NCBI RefSeq assembly: GCF_018977255.1
Contig: NW_024704742.1
Location: forward strand, 110,672,001-110,736,000
Reading direction: 5' to 3'
Source: Callorhinchus milii
Taxonomy: Eukaryota
Length of the DNA: 64,000 nt
In this document: piece after piece, positions 14,511 to 28,000 of the stretch
Numbering within the stretch: the stretch's first letter is position 1
How the letters are laid out: the number at the start of each line of letters is the position of its first letter
Position numbers and translations under genes: made by a program
The notes under the pieces: model-generated
What the model was told of the DNA's origin: nothing
What the model saw: the letters and a program-made list of their open reading frames with translations, nothing else
Database searches by the model: none

Positions 14511-14689
14511 GTAAGTCCTTTTAAGAGAAAAGTGACTTCAGAGTTAAGATTGAATTCAACAATTTGCCACATTGTGGGCTCCTTGAAGTGCTACAAAATA
14601 ATCCTTGCAGTTGATATGATGTTTTTGCTGTTGGGTGGGGGGTGTCTCACAGCATTTTTACAGGATATACTGTCAAATGTAGTGCATGT

Positions 14690-15030
14690 GTATTTTGTAG
14701 GCAATCGTGGCAGCCTGTTTGTGCATAGCAATGTCCCACAAACAGCTATGAAGTGAATGACCAATTTTATTTTATCTGAGGGATTGTTGGCCAGGACATC
14801 AGGAGATACAACTTTCACTTTTTAAGTGGACTCACGGGATCGTTAATGGCTTAACTGAACAGGCAAACAGGAATTTGCGGAATATCTCATCCGAAGGATG
14901 GGACCTCTGACAATGAAACTGCACTGAAGTGTCATCTTAGACTGTGTGAGTACAAAATCCTGATGTGGGGCTTCAATCCCCAACCTTCGGACTCAGGGGC
15001 AAGAGTGCTAGCAACTGATCCAGGCTGACA
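14690..15030 (-). mobile_element. Deu-domain SINE fragment
   Basis: The reverse complement has a tRNA-like head and cggatgagat...aacgatcccgtgag...gtcctggccaacaatccctc. Confidence 0.7.
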
Positions 15031-15577
15031 CACCAAATTTGGTATACAGCAAGGATATGAATATAATCCTCTTACCCTTTGATATTTGCTTCTTAGTACA
15101 AGCAAATAATTTACACTCTGCAAAGGACATAGAATAATTGGTATTGCAAAAAAAAAGTAACAGTGGGAACCTTGACAAATTTACATGGAAAAATAAGAAT
15201 GCAGGGAAGCTATAAATAAGTTATTTAATTATATTTTCAAATTAACCAGGATACAATTTCTCGTAACTGCTCTCTGAGTTGAATAAGTTGTTCGAAGTAT
15301 ACTAAATACAGCATCAGTAATGTAAGTCATGATACAAACTATTGATTTCCATAATAGCAACTGGAATACCAACCTCTGCAATAACAGAACTGGGAGTCCT
15401 TAGGGCACAGAGTTCTTGTTAGAAAACCACAAAGTTTAGCATCTGGAGTTTAAAACTCTTAGCTACAAATCAACTGTTCTTTAATGTCAGAGTAAATTAT
15501 GCAAAATAATTGATCTTCGTCTTAAATAAAGTGGCACACCATTTGTACAATATATACCTGCACAAGTATAGATGTAT

Positions 15578-15593
15578 ACACACACACACACAC
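15578..15593. repeat. (CA)n microsatellite
   Basis: Direct reading. Confidence 0.9.
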
Positions 15594-16619
15594 ATACATT
15601 TTGTCAAATCTCTCATCTAATTGCCTTTGAGCTGCAAAACCTCACCAAATAACATTTACATAGCCACAGAATCATGCAAATGTAATACTACCTCAATTTC
15701 ATAAACATATTTGCAATGCTATCTATGCAAAGTCTGTCATAATGAACCCTGAAGTATATCAGGAAGTGCATGATGAGAGTGCTGAGCGGTTCTCATTCCT
15801 ATCATTCAATCATTTCAATACCAAAAATAAATATATGCAAGGAAAGTATAAAGGACACTCCCTTTTTTATAAACACAGTACTTATGTGTATTTCACCACA
15901 CAACTGGTAAATCGCATCCAGCTCATTACTGTAGTTCTAATCTATTTAAAGTCTCATCCATCCATTGCACTGTATTCTACCATTACTTGGTTATTCACAT
16001 CAGTCTCAGACAAGTGCTGCAGTACATTTATACCATACAATCCAGTGTGCACCACCTCACTTTATTGTTAGTCAAACTGGAAACATAGATAACTGCAACT
16101 ATTCAGAGGAGTATTTCCTATGTAGATTATTTTTGAAAAAAAAAGATTTGGACATAGGTATCATGTGACTCTTTCTGTACCATGTAAATGGTAGTTATGG
16201 CAATAACATGCTATGATATCAGAGTTCAGGTGGCAAGCATTTATCTTCATTTCACATGTAACCGAGCAACACACTGCTGAGAAGGTTGCAATAGTTTTGA
16301 AGCAATTATTACTGAAAACTATGACATTGGGGTCTAAAAACAAGATTTGTAAGTGCAAATAAATAAATAGCAAAATCCAGCTGTGGAAATCTGTTTCGAT
16401 ATTGATCTTAGTTAACTTCCATGAAGTCAGGCTGTAAGCAGAGTTCCAAAGCGAATGGTCGATTTATCTGCAGAAGTGCTGGTCAGGAGAGCAGGAGAAA
16501 CCCTTTTTCTCAGAGCAAAGAGAGTGGGACATGAGCAGGAATACATGCAACCTACTTCTAGGCCATCCTGCATGCCAAAAATAATCCCAAACTAATGTAT
16601 TTTCCTCCTGCCCCCACCG

Positions 16620-16955
16620 GGCCACCTGTGGTATACCCCAAGGTTCTATCCTTATCCCTCTTCCCTACTTACATGCTCCCCCTCGGTGATGTCATCCGCA
16701 GAAACAGGGTCAACTTCCACATGTATGTAGGTGACAACTAAATCTACTTCTCCTCCTTCAGCTGCAACATGTCCACGGATGTTCTGTCAGCTTGATTGTC
16801 AGACATCAAGGCCTGGATCAGCTCCAACTTTCTGCAGCTGAATGTTGGCAAGACAGAAGCCATATTCCTTGGCTCTCGTCAATGTCCCCACCTGTGACTC
16901 TGACCTCCTCAGCGTCCCTGGCCTGTCCCTCAGACTGACTGAACCGGTGCATAAG
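16620..16955 (+). mobile_element. L2 LINE RT fragment
   Basis: GIPQGSIL and FHMYVGDN (decayed YADD); homologous to 63800-64000. Confidence 0.85.
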
Positions 16956-17280
16956 AGACATGAACTTGCAGCCTTGGGAATCATATATAAGATTGCTACC
17001 AACAGAACTAGACTAAAACCCAACCCATAATTTTATTATCAGCCCTCTTAAGATCATGATTGATTAAATCAAATGGCTTCAGCAATATATTCCAATTTTT
17101 GCTATGAAATGTGATTTCTTTGTTAATATTAAACATTTTCAAAACAGCAATTTGAATGAAAGACCAATATCATAATATTTACTCTATAATATTTAGCTAC
17201 AATAATTTCTACATCTGTAAATAGAAATAAGTAGGAAAAATTCCTTAGGTTTCTTGTTCATAGTGTGTTTGGCAACTTAA

Positions 17281-17298
17281 GACCGCCCTCTAGTGTTA
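17281..17298 (-). promoter_or_regulatory. CTCF-like binding motif
   Basis: The reverse complement TAACACTAGAGGGCGGTC resembles the CTCF core CCAC(C/T)AG(A/G)GGGCG and sits in otherwise AT-rich unique DNA. Confidence 0.45.
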
Positions 17299-17534
17299 CT
17301 TTAATAGTTTATTCATGTTCCACCATGTTTGACTTGCATGGGTTTCTGTTGTTGAAATGTAACTGAATAATTCTGATGTTAACCTGGAGATGAACAGAGC
17401 TTCGTTATCTACTCAGTTACTTCAGAGAACTGCAGATTCATATAACAGTTATTCTGCTTCCACTTCAACATATGTTTCAGGTAATTTGATCATCTAATCA
17501 TGATCAATGATTGTAGAAACCTGAGGTCTTCTCA

Positions 17535-17990
17535 TTGCTCGATAAACAAGCCAAAACGACACAAAAACATTACATAAATGTTGGATGCAGCTTTGTGAAC
17601 CATCAACATGCTTAAACTGCAAACCGCTAAATGCATTTCTATTTAATGACGTTTCCTCTGCTTGCCTTTGCTGCTATTTCAGATGGAAATCAGCTTTAAT
17701 TTTGTTCCTTCTACAACTCCCTGCAAGGTTACAATGTATATTTCCGACAATGTAGTGGATTTTTTTATACATATTCACCTACAGGCTGAGCTATACCCAT
17801 TTCACATGAGATTACTTGCTGTTCCAGTAAGTCCACTTAGTCCAAGGATGAGCCAAATGTTTGACAGGTTCTTCTAACAGGGAATTTGCAGGAGGGAGCT
17901 CTACATTTTTCTATTTACATGGATTTTTTAGATATATAAAAAAAATGTTCACATGAAATTATTGCAACCTCAGTAAAATGCAAATACTGT
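17535..17990. repeat. Local duplication, copy 1 (partner about 19819-20270), with conserved exon-like core
   Basis: Alignable by eye throughout. The core 17770-17878 is offset by exactly 2280 bp from its partner and is nearly identical over 17770-17835. Confidence 0.9.
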
Positions 17991-19329
17991 GAGTGGGAGT
18001 GGGGGGGGGGGGGGGGCACATTTCTTTAAATCAGCATTGTCTCGGGATACACAGAAACTGTCAGAAAACATCAAAGAAAGCTCTGAGACAGTAAATGCTG
18101 CTTAAATGGGTGTGTCAAATCCAAATGTCGTGCTCAACCCTGATTTACTGGGTCTTTTGTACCATAATAAATGAATAATTTGACTTCAGGAGCTCATGTA
18201 AAATGTCAGCAAATAGCCCGAGAGCAAAGCCTGTGCCCCTTCTTCTCACAGATAATTCTGATTAGTTATTTGAGCTCTCTTGGTCATGTGTGAGTAATAC
18301 AAAGGCAACAACAACTTGCATTTAGATAGTGCCCTTCACACAGAATAGCATCTTGGAGCACTGCACAATGGTAGAGTTGGACGCTGAGCAAGTGAGAAGG
18401 GGAGGGGGCAGTGACCGAAGGCAAGGTCGAGTAGTAACATGTGAATCAATAGTTTTTATACTAAGAGATTAGATAGGGACACTAAAGCTGAGTGGCAACA
18501 TGAGCGCTAGATACATTAATTAAGGTGATTGTTTGAAAATAAGTAAATAGAGAATAAGAGCATATTCTCATCCATTAAGATTTGTTAGTTTACTGACCTC
18601 AGGAAATTATTGCTATTGGGAGCTACTTCACTATCATCACCACAAATAGAAATCTTTTTGCTTTGGATGATTTCCCATCATAAAGACTGTGCCCAGAGAT
18701 GACTATTTTAGTTATCTGCATAACATTAGATCTCATTGTCTGCCAAGGTTCAGCACAGTCCTGAGCATTTTTTCAGGATTGCATCAGCAGTAAAAATCAA
18801 TTTCAGTGAGGGAAAACATTTTTGAAATATGAAGACAGTCTGGCTTAAGCTATACTGATCATTTAAACCCGCAATCTTTTTCCTACATCTTTACAATAGG
18901 AAAGCAACAGCAAGAAAGAAAAATAGCTATTTTTAATGATTAGTGTAAATTGCCACTCAATACTTAAGTTTGAGATCTACAACAACAACTTGCATTTATA
19001 TAGCGTTCTTCAGGCCAAACAGAGCCTCGGAGTACTTAATGGGATATCATGTCATAAAACTGGATGGAATGAGAAAAGGCCATTCACCCATTAACCCATT
19101 TATTTAAAAGATATTTATACAATATCATGAACTCCACCTCACCTACACAAAATTCTGATACACTTTCGAACTCCCTGATTAATAAAGCCTATCAAATAGA
19201 AACTCTGGAATATTCATCCATCATTATATCTTCCCTCTTGACAAGCTCTGTGGCTTCACTCTCCAGCAATACCCCGAGTGCATATTCTAATAGTCCCCAA
19301 TGCACACTCTGAGGTCTCCAAATCTTGGT

Positions 19330-19520
19330 ACTTGCCAATCTGCACCTAATACTTTCCACGATTGGGTAAGCAAGTATTGGGGAAGGGAGTGCGCAATCCT
19401 TTCCAGACAATGAGAAATCCTCATGCATAGGTTTCATGCAGATGCAAAACTCAGTCTACTTTGGATACTCTTGAGCATGGCAATGGGTTTCCATATTTGT
19501 CAGACCCCGACTGAGCTGCA
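19330..19520 (+). repeat. 3' fragment of the same unassigned repeat
   Basis: cttgccaatctgcacctaatactttcc...tttggatactc...tgtcagaccccgactga. Confidence 0.7.
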
Positions 19521-19818
19521 AAACAATCTGCATTGTTGAATTCACAATGATAACACAGCAGTATCAGAAACTACTGTATTCCATGACGTATTTGCTCATC
19601 TTGGTGTGTGCCTATTTCTATAACCTCCATTCTCAAATAGACACTTATTCAGGTTCTATTTGAATGAGTTTATCAATGCAGTGCCAATTGCTTTTGTTGG
19701 GTGTTTATATGCATTACTCAGTGTGAACAACAATATCTTCTAACATCCAAAGTTGACCAATTTTCACCCTGTACCTCTGTACAGAAAGTCTAAGTCAAAG
19801 AATCCACTTAAATCTACA

Positions 19819-20270
19819 TGCTCAATAAGCAAGGCAAAATGACACAGAATTAAATGACACAAAATGTTGCATGAAATCAGAATGAACTGTCAAGGGTTCT
19901 CTAAACTCCAAAGCCACCATTTAATGACGTTTCCTCTGCTTATCTTCACTGCCATTTCACAAGGTAAACAGCTTTATTTTGTTCATCCTGTAAATCCCTG
20001 GAAATTTACAAAGATTCAGCACAGTCCCGACAATGTAGGAAATCTCATCCATATTCACCTACAGGCTGAGCTGTACCCATTTCGCATGAGATTACTTGCT
20101 GTTCCAGTAAGTCCATTTCGTCGAGGGATGAGCCAGAAGTTTGACAGGTTCTTTTAAGGGGGTATTTGCGAGAGAGATTTTTATGTTTTTCTCAAGCGGG
20201 TGGAAGATTTTTTTAAAAAAAATAAAAATAAATTGCTTCACATGTAATTATGCATCCCCTGAAAATACAA
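19819..20270. repeat. Local duplication, copy 2
   Basis: Shares atttaatgacgtttcctctgctt, catattcacctacaggctgagct, atgagattacttgctgttccagtaagtcca and gtttgacaggttctt with copy 1. Confidence 0.9.
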
Positions 20271-20819
20271 AAATCTTTGGAAAATTGTGTGAGACAGTCA
20301 CATTTCTTTCATGCAGCATTATTCATGGGTCTGCAGCCTTTATCCCTCTCAGCACTTTAAAGACCTCGGATCATGGCCCCCTAAACCCTCGCAATCTTTG
20401 GTGTACACCTTGTCCTTCTCGCAATCCCTCCCACACTAAAGTAGCAGCTGGTCATATGGAGAACAGGTAGGCAAATGTTCAGGTTATCGGCAGATCTTTT
20501 TATCACAAGACGCATAAAGCCATCCCAAAAGTTAATACACCACATTATCTTGCTCAGTATTAGTATTTGAAATATTCCAACAGATTTCATAGGTGTAAAC
20601 TCCTTAAAATTATTACTTTTCATTCCTTGCCCCTCCCTTCTCAACTTATATTTTCTACTGGTTTTTTGGCCACGATTCCCCTCACCCTCCTTAGCTTACT
20701 CCCTCTCCAGCACCAATCAGTTGGTAAAGCCCTTTGAGACTCCCTCCTGAATAGAAAGCTGCAAAATAAATGGAAATTGTTGTGATTGTTGTTGCCCTTA
20801 AATTTTATTTACCTCCTGG

Positions 20820-21750
20820 GTAGGGTTGTGGTGGGGGAAGGTAAGCAGGATCTCCTTGGAGCTGAACTGGTTCCAAGGTGACATGTTTGGCAACGGAATG
20901 TCAGAACTGACCTCTGTGACGGTCTCAGTAGTCCAGCTCCTAAGCCAGGTGGGTCCACAGGATTACAGGGCACTGCTGATGATAGAACAGACAGCCTGGC
21001 TTATCAGAATGGCACAACACTCACTGTGGGCAGGGAGTCTCCCAATCAGTTCCTGTTAACCCTGCAAGCCAAAGCTCTGTCGGATAAGGCGGTCCTAGCT
21101 GGACAAGCAGCAGGAAAGCTTGCCAGACAGTGATATCGATGGCAAGCTATGTGCTTTTAGGGGTCCCCAAGACTTGTCTCTTGCCAACCTGTCCTGTAGC
21201 TGAGTGGTTAGAACCCTCACCTCGTAATCGAGAGACCTGGCTTTGATTCCTGGTAGGGCGAAACTTTGGGCAAGTTTCCTTACTCCACACACCTCTGTTT
21301 ACCTAGCAGTAAGTAGGAACCTGGTTGTTAATTGATTGGCAGATCACTCTTCTGGGGATAATAACTCCTTAAAAAAAAATTTAAAAAAATTGATCACTCA
21401 ATCCACAAATGTTTGTGGAACACTACTGTGTGCAATTGGCAGCTGTGTTTCGCCCACAAAATATAGTCATTTCACTTTACAGTATATTTTGTGAAGCGCT
21501 TTAGACATCTTGAAGATAAGGCGCTATATCAAATGCAAGAATTATTATATTATAACCTGCGCCTAATACTTTCCAGAATTAGGTGAACAGGATGTGTTCC
21601 TCCGGAGAGAGGGTGCGCATTCTATTCCACCAATCTATCTTTGGAATTCCCATGTGTAGGTGGGAAGCATGGAATTCTCAGTTTGGCTTAGATACGCTTA
21701 AGCATAGTGACGGGTTTCTGCAGGTGTCAGAAACCCAGCTGATCCGCGCC
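20820..21750 (+). repeat. Same unassigned repeat family, split by a SINE
   Basis: cctgttaaccctgcaagccaaagc and ggtcctagctggacaagcag are shared with the reverse complement of 36860-37190. Confidence 0.8.
21191..21553 (+). mobile_element. tRNA-derived SINE, full length (long-body variant), nested in an older repeat
   Basis: tRNA-like head with A and B boxes, body aaactttgggcaagtttccttactccacac and L2-type tail. Flanked by an aacct(g) direct repeat. Confidence 0.9.
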
Positions 21751-22849
21751 AAATTAATTGCATTTAAATAAACGTTATACAAGTGGTAGCAAACCTTGTT
21801 GGCCAGCCAACCAACCATTTTTGTTGAATATTTCTTGATTTATGTCCACGCCATAAATACAGCTGCTCTCTTTTCTCTCTCTTGCTCTTCTACCTCCATT
21901 GCCTTTTAAGTACTGTATGGACATATCCCATCTAGCTGTTTCTTTATGAGTATTCTACTACTCCAGTCAGTTGCTGCTAATGCTGCTAATATTAATCTCT
22001 AATTTGAAAAGGAACTCAGATGCATTGCCTACCCCATTGGTTACTAGCAGGAATACACACATCAATATTCTATCGTAAAAACAAGTGGGTGATAGGTTTT
22101 AGAATCCTGTCATTTTATTTTTCTTCCCCTTGTCCAACAGGAGTGTGGGACAGAAGGCTGTGTATCCTAAATGTTTATTGCCACAAATATATGTAAGTGG
22201 AAAGGTTTTATTTTAGCAGTTTCTAATTCAGTTATAAATATTTTCCAACCTTTTTATTTCTATAAATGTTTTAAAACATTTGCATTTTTAAACTTCCCTA
22301 ATGAAGCACTTAAACCAGCCTTTGATATCAGTTTCCTGCGTCTTTTGTATTATGTATTTAATTTGCATTTTATATTAGCTCCACAAAACGATATCCCTTT
22401 TCCTTGCATTCCAAGTTATTAGACTGCCTCTTTTGCTTCACAAGTTTCCACCCAAGCAGAAGATGAATAGACTATTTGCAAGACTCTTTGATCCTCCCTT
22501 ATTTTCATTGCTATGCATCCCCTTCAATTTCTAGTTCTCTTCTTTCTAAGAGAAGAAAGTAAATCTGACCATCATCTACTTATTCACTTCATGCTGTCTG
22601 TAGGACGTGACTAAGCATAAATTGACTGCCCCATTCAACCACAAGGTAACAGTCACTCCACTTTACAGTAAATCACATGAAGCGCTTTGAGACATCCTCC
22701 TGACGTAAGAGAGGCTATACCAAATGTAACAATAATTATTATTAGTCAACCCTTTGTTAAGTGTTCTCCCCTTTCTGGAGGATGGTGACTAGTATACTCT
22801 ACACTTCAAAAACTTTACAAATGTAGATCAACACCTGATGCTCCAGCTC

Positions 22850-23700
22850 TTCTTTGCATCCCCTCAACTAACTACAATCAGGACCTCTTTGCCTTCCTCT
22901 TGCTCTGTTCTTATCAGTTATTTTATGCAATATTAACCAACAGCTGTCCATGTGATGCCCTAGTATCCTGCCCACATGATTCATGATTCTAAAAGTCCAG
23001 TAAATTTACAGACATGGCATATGAGAATATTCTATTCTCCTCAGTAAAATTACAATATGTGGTTCCTGATAGAAAATTCCCATAGTTCCATAATATTGTC
23101 TCTAAAGTTAATTCTTGTGAGCCCTTTTGTTTAGATTAATACTGAATGACTCCTTCATATAGTTTTAATCCACATTGCAAACTTGCCTAATTTACTTTTT
23201 TTATGTTATCTCCATTCTCCACAGTCTCTCTTTAGTATCATTAATCAATACCAGATAAAATAATTTATCAATTTCCCATTGATCAGTATCCAATTTCTAG
23301 GCACCCAGACCATCTCTCAAACTGAATTCAGAGTATAGGTTGAAAAGAATGAGTGATACAGCTTATCCTTGCCTCATTTCTCTTCTGATATTTTTCCATT
23401 TGCAATTATTTCTACTGTGTTTGTTCCTTGTAATGATTCTTTCTCATCAATTCCAACCTTTTTGCAGGAAATCTTTCTTGCTTCACACTGTCGATCATTT
23501 TCTCATTACCTTTGAAGCATAAAAAATTTTCTAACACCAGTTTCCAAATCGTTCTCAAACCAAATTTCCTTTCCATGTTTCCTTCCTGCTTCTAAAAACC
23601 CAATGAATCCTCTCTTAATTCTCAATCTATGTTCAGTCTTTCCAGCACACATCTCTTGCGTTCCTACAGCAGCAACAAAAACCTTCATGCATATTCTGTA
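22850..23700 (-). mobile_element. Highly decayed RTE-clade LINE RT fragment
   Basis: The minus strand near 23330-23380 reads MRQG*AVSLILFNLYSE, resembling the RTE/BovB motif VRQGCILSP.LFNLYAE. The limits are uncertain. Confidence 0.55.
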
Positions 23701-24324
23701 TCACTAACCTAGATCCCTCCTTATGGGAGGGATTGGAGGTGTGTTATATGGTTCTCCAATCTCTTCCTTTATACAGTAGGGACTTGTATTCCTCCAAGTG
23801 GGGCATTCCTCCTTGATTATTATGCCAGAGTTACCAACCACCCATTAAGAGATTGGACAGAACTGATTAAACATTGGGTGAGCCGTCCAGAAAGGTTTAA
23901 AATGGAATTGGATGTCAAAAGCCCAGAGTTCAAACATTCGACCTAGTTCTTAATGATCCTTGCATTTGATATTGCGCCTTATCACATCTTCGAGATGTCT
24001 CAAAGCACTTCACAGAATATACTGTCATGTGAATTGACATTATATTTTGTGGGTGAATCATCAACTGTTCAAACAATTTAGCCGTAAAAATAAAGAATGA
24101 AGAGAATTCAGTCTGGGAATCCTAACCCAGATCATGCTGGCCTTCCTGATATTGGACTCTGAATGAAAAACACAAGTTCTATTCACAGAATTTAACTAGC
24201 ACTATCCAATTTGTTACAACATTTTGTATCTTTTTTTCATTTGTTTGCTTCAAGAGCCAGACTTCTGTTGAATCATACCCAGAATGTACATTGGATGGAG
24301 GAGGAATGGTGTCCATCAGGTGCA

Positions 24325-25050
24325 ACAACAAGAAGATTACATTTGTATAGCGCCTTTCAGGACGTCCCAAGGCACTGGACAGTGTACAGCATTTCAGACC
24401 CGAGCTGAGGTCAAGGGGGAGAATGGAGTGGAGGGGAAGGGGGGTGACCGATGGTATGGTCGAAGAGGAGGGTTTTGAGGCGGGACTTGAAAGAGGCTAA
24501 GAAGGGGACGAGGCAGAGTGATTGGGGGATGGAATTCCAGAGGTTGGAGGCAGAGTGGCTGAAGGCTCTCCGGCCAATGATGGGGCAGGTGGGGCGGGGG
24601 ACATGCAGCAGGCCGGAGCCAGCTGAGCGGAGGGAGCAGGCAGGTTGATAGGGGGCTAGGAGGTCACAGAGATAGGGTGGGGCGAGGCCATGGAGGGCTT
24701 TGTAGGTGAGGACCAGGATCTTGAACTGGATCCTCTGAAGGATAGGGAGCCAATGGAGTCGGGTGAGAATGGGTGAGATGGGGTCATGGAGTTTGGTGCA
24801 GGAGAGGACACGGGCTGCAGAGTTCTGGATTATCTGCAACCTGTGGAGGGAGAAGTTGCGAAGGCCAACAAGCAGGGCATTTACATAGTCGAGCCTGGAG
24901 GTGATTAAGGCATGAACAAGAGTTTCAGCGGCCTGAGGGGTGAGGTAGTGGCGGAGTCAGGCGATGTTACGGAGTTGAGGGAAGGCAGAGCGGGTCATGG
25001 CTTGGATGTGGGGAAGAAAAGACAGTTGAGATGTAATGTTAGTTGCTGAA
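24325..25050 (-). mobile_element. L2 LINE 3' fragment with terminal (TTG)n
   Basis: ORF 24411-24839 reads QIIQNSAARVL...LHWLPILQRIQFKILVLTYKALHGLAPPYL...GRRAFS...FKSRLKTLLF. Confidence 0.93.
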
Positions 25051-28000
25051 TTTCTTGAATGCACAGAATTGATAACACGGACTCAGAACATTTCTGTTTT
25101 TTGAGGAAAATCATCACGATAGAATAGATTTTTAATTGGTTGTGTTTTCCCAATTGAAATTGAGTAACTATTGAAAAATTAGAAAACCTCATGAAATCTA
25201 TTAATTACATTTCTACAGTTGGCTTGGAACATCCTCCTGATGTGAAAGGAGCTATAAAAATGCAATTTGTTGTTGTTATTGTTTAGTTTCAAAGCAAGGG
25301 AGTTTCTCTTGCTGTCCTGGCCAACAATTCCCCAAATACAATTGGTAATCACTTCATTATTGTTCGTGGGAGATTACTGCAAAGTGTAGGGCCTGTGTGT
25401 ATCTGTCTACAAAAACACACAGGGACTACTCTTTGCAGCATATGTTGTGAGGCGCTTTGAAACATCCTCCTGATGTGAAAGGCGCTGTCAAATATAAATA
25501 TTTTAATTATTATTATGAACGTGACTTTTGAAGCAAAGTTTAAAGCAATTGTGTAACTAACTTTGTTTCTACATTAAACATCTAACTCTGGATATTTGCT
25601 CCATATTCAGACTGATACTTTGAAAAATGATCTTTGTATCACATTCCTTCAAGATCCTTGCAACAATTGTGTTGAATTTCTACTGCACACTTGGCAGTGA
25701 CATATTGTGACTTGGACAGTGACTATAAATGAGGTCTCTGGCAACAAGAATCAGCTGGAGCCCTGATCCTGTCACCACTGGGAATAGATGGTTTCAAGTG
25801 CAGTGAAATTATATCCCTGCAGGTTAAATGTGCTGGGTACAAATTGCACTGGACTCTCTACCTCATGGTCTGTTCACAGCTTGATGGCAGAGTAAACTCT
25901 ACCTCCAATTTCAATTTGTAGCGACCACATCCATATTGCAGAGATATGATTCCATGGGCCGGAAATCATCTCCTCCATATTGCTATAATACTTGGAGTAA
26001 AGCAGACTTATTTCCAGCCAAATACTTGCAACATTATTTTTCCCCTAATCTTTGCTTTCTTTTTAAAAGTTTTTTTTGTTCTGTGCAGGGAAAAACTGAA
26101 GGCATAAAGTACATTTCAGCGGGTATAAAATTACTCAGAGCTGCTTATTTTAAAACATCAAGAAATAATCAGAAGAATTTGAGAATAATAGTTAACCACC
26201 ATGGAATTATATGTACAATTGTAGCTAAATTGTGACTTTCTTTTCCAAACGTTCTCTCTTTATGCAGCTTTCCTCTTTTATTCTTTATCACACAATAAGG
26301 CAAATAGAGTCATTAATTTTCAGTTACTTTGTAGATGAAGCACATTCTTTTGCTGAGCATTAGAATGCAGTATGAGAACAGACAAGCCATGTGTAAAGTA
26401 GTTGGAAGACATCTAGAACTATTTATTGTCAATAATTATTTAAACCCCTTCAAACCCAGTTTCTAAAGAACATCAAATTTTAAAAAATGTTTGTTTTCAC
26501 TTTTCTCAGAATAAACCACAGCACTCAAAATAAAACTAAGGCTATTAGTAAATGTAGTTGTTTTGCTTTATACTATCTCTTTGATTTTGTACTGACAACC
26601 TTTCAGTCAAGGACTGCAATGAAAAGAAAGAAGGTAGCAAAAAAGCCTCACTCAACACTCATCCTGACCAAATCTTAACTTCCTATTGACATTTTCATTT
26701 GTCCTTCTTTTGCATACCCCCAGTATTAAATCATGTTTATAACAAGAAAAAAATACTTAGTCAATTAAACAGTTTGACTTCCTGCACATTTTCTATTAAT
26801 GCGAGGATTTCTTAAAAATAAGGTAATTTTTTTAATAGTTGCAAGTTATTGTGTATGCATCAGCCTAATTTAGGCTTATGCAGTCCAGTCCAGTCCTGTA
26901 ATTACAATACCCAATATAATTTACATTTATGCAGCACGTCTCACATAAAGCACTTCACAATGCTAAACGGGCATCTGAGCTTGGGGCGGGAGCCAAGGGG
27001 AATGAGGAGGGAAAAGATAACCCAAAATTGTGATTTTCATTAAGTATCCAGTTTATATTCATATTATCCATGAACACAGGGATTTAAATACATCAGTTAT
27101 GCCTGTTTTTTCTCCAGTGAGAATAATTTCAATTGTGTAAATCTTTCCTCATAAATCTACAAGATTGTTGTTACAATTTTCTGATCCCTTTCTAATATAT
27201 TATAGTGCCTTATCACATCATTGAGGTGTCTCAAAGCAAGACATTCACAAAATAAACACAGTCACACCATTTTATAGTGAATCATGTGAAGCACTTTGAG
27301 ACATCTCAATGACAACATAAGAAGGTATATCAAATGCAAGGATTATTATATTATTATTATTCTGTCCTAAAGACAATGACAAGTGCATATTTTACACATC
27401 ACAACTTTCACTCTAATATTTCAAACAAGTCTTCAGGAATGATTGATAAAAAATCAAAATAATCCATTTTGCCGTATGACCAGCGGCTTGAAATTTCACA
27501 TGCTCTTAGCCTTAAGATTATTGTTTTAAAATTGGACAATTCAAAAATTTTCGAAAATTGTTCATTCCAACCTTAATTTTGTAGCTTTTTCATTGGTTGA
27601 GAACTTCCACAGTTGTCAATCAATGAAAGAGTGTTCAATTTAAGAAGAATGTATTGTGATCACATATGGCTTGCAATGAGAGTATTCTTGAGGGATAAAG
27701 CCCCCTTTTCATCTAACCTAATCTTGCAATCTTGTAACAGTAGAGAAAAGAATTCATGGAGTTCAGAGACTTGTCACATCTACAGGAGATCTGTACTATA
27801 CCTGCATATTTTATATGAAATATTCCCTTGACCTAAGAACATTTAACCATCTGAGAATGATACATCCTGTCAGACTGAGTTCCCAAAGTCTTATAGCTGA
27901 AATGGCAATGAATAGAGGCTACCCAGCAAAGCAGGTGGGTCTTGGATACCAATAAACTGGATGATCTAGCAGCTCTATAACATAAGAAACATCAGGAATA

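Noticed and set aside
16161..16373. Cys-rich 70-aa ORF
   Set aside because: No recognisable cysteine spacing; consistent with a chance ORF.
17760..17880. Duplicated core as a U17/SNORA73 snoRNA, vault or Y RNA, or HDV-like ribozyme
   Set aside because: Only short word matches and one 8-bp hairpin (acttgctg-ttc-cagtaagt). The required boxes and pairings could not be placed on one strand. An Rfam/Infernal scan would settle it.
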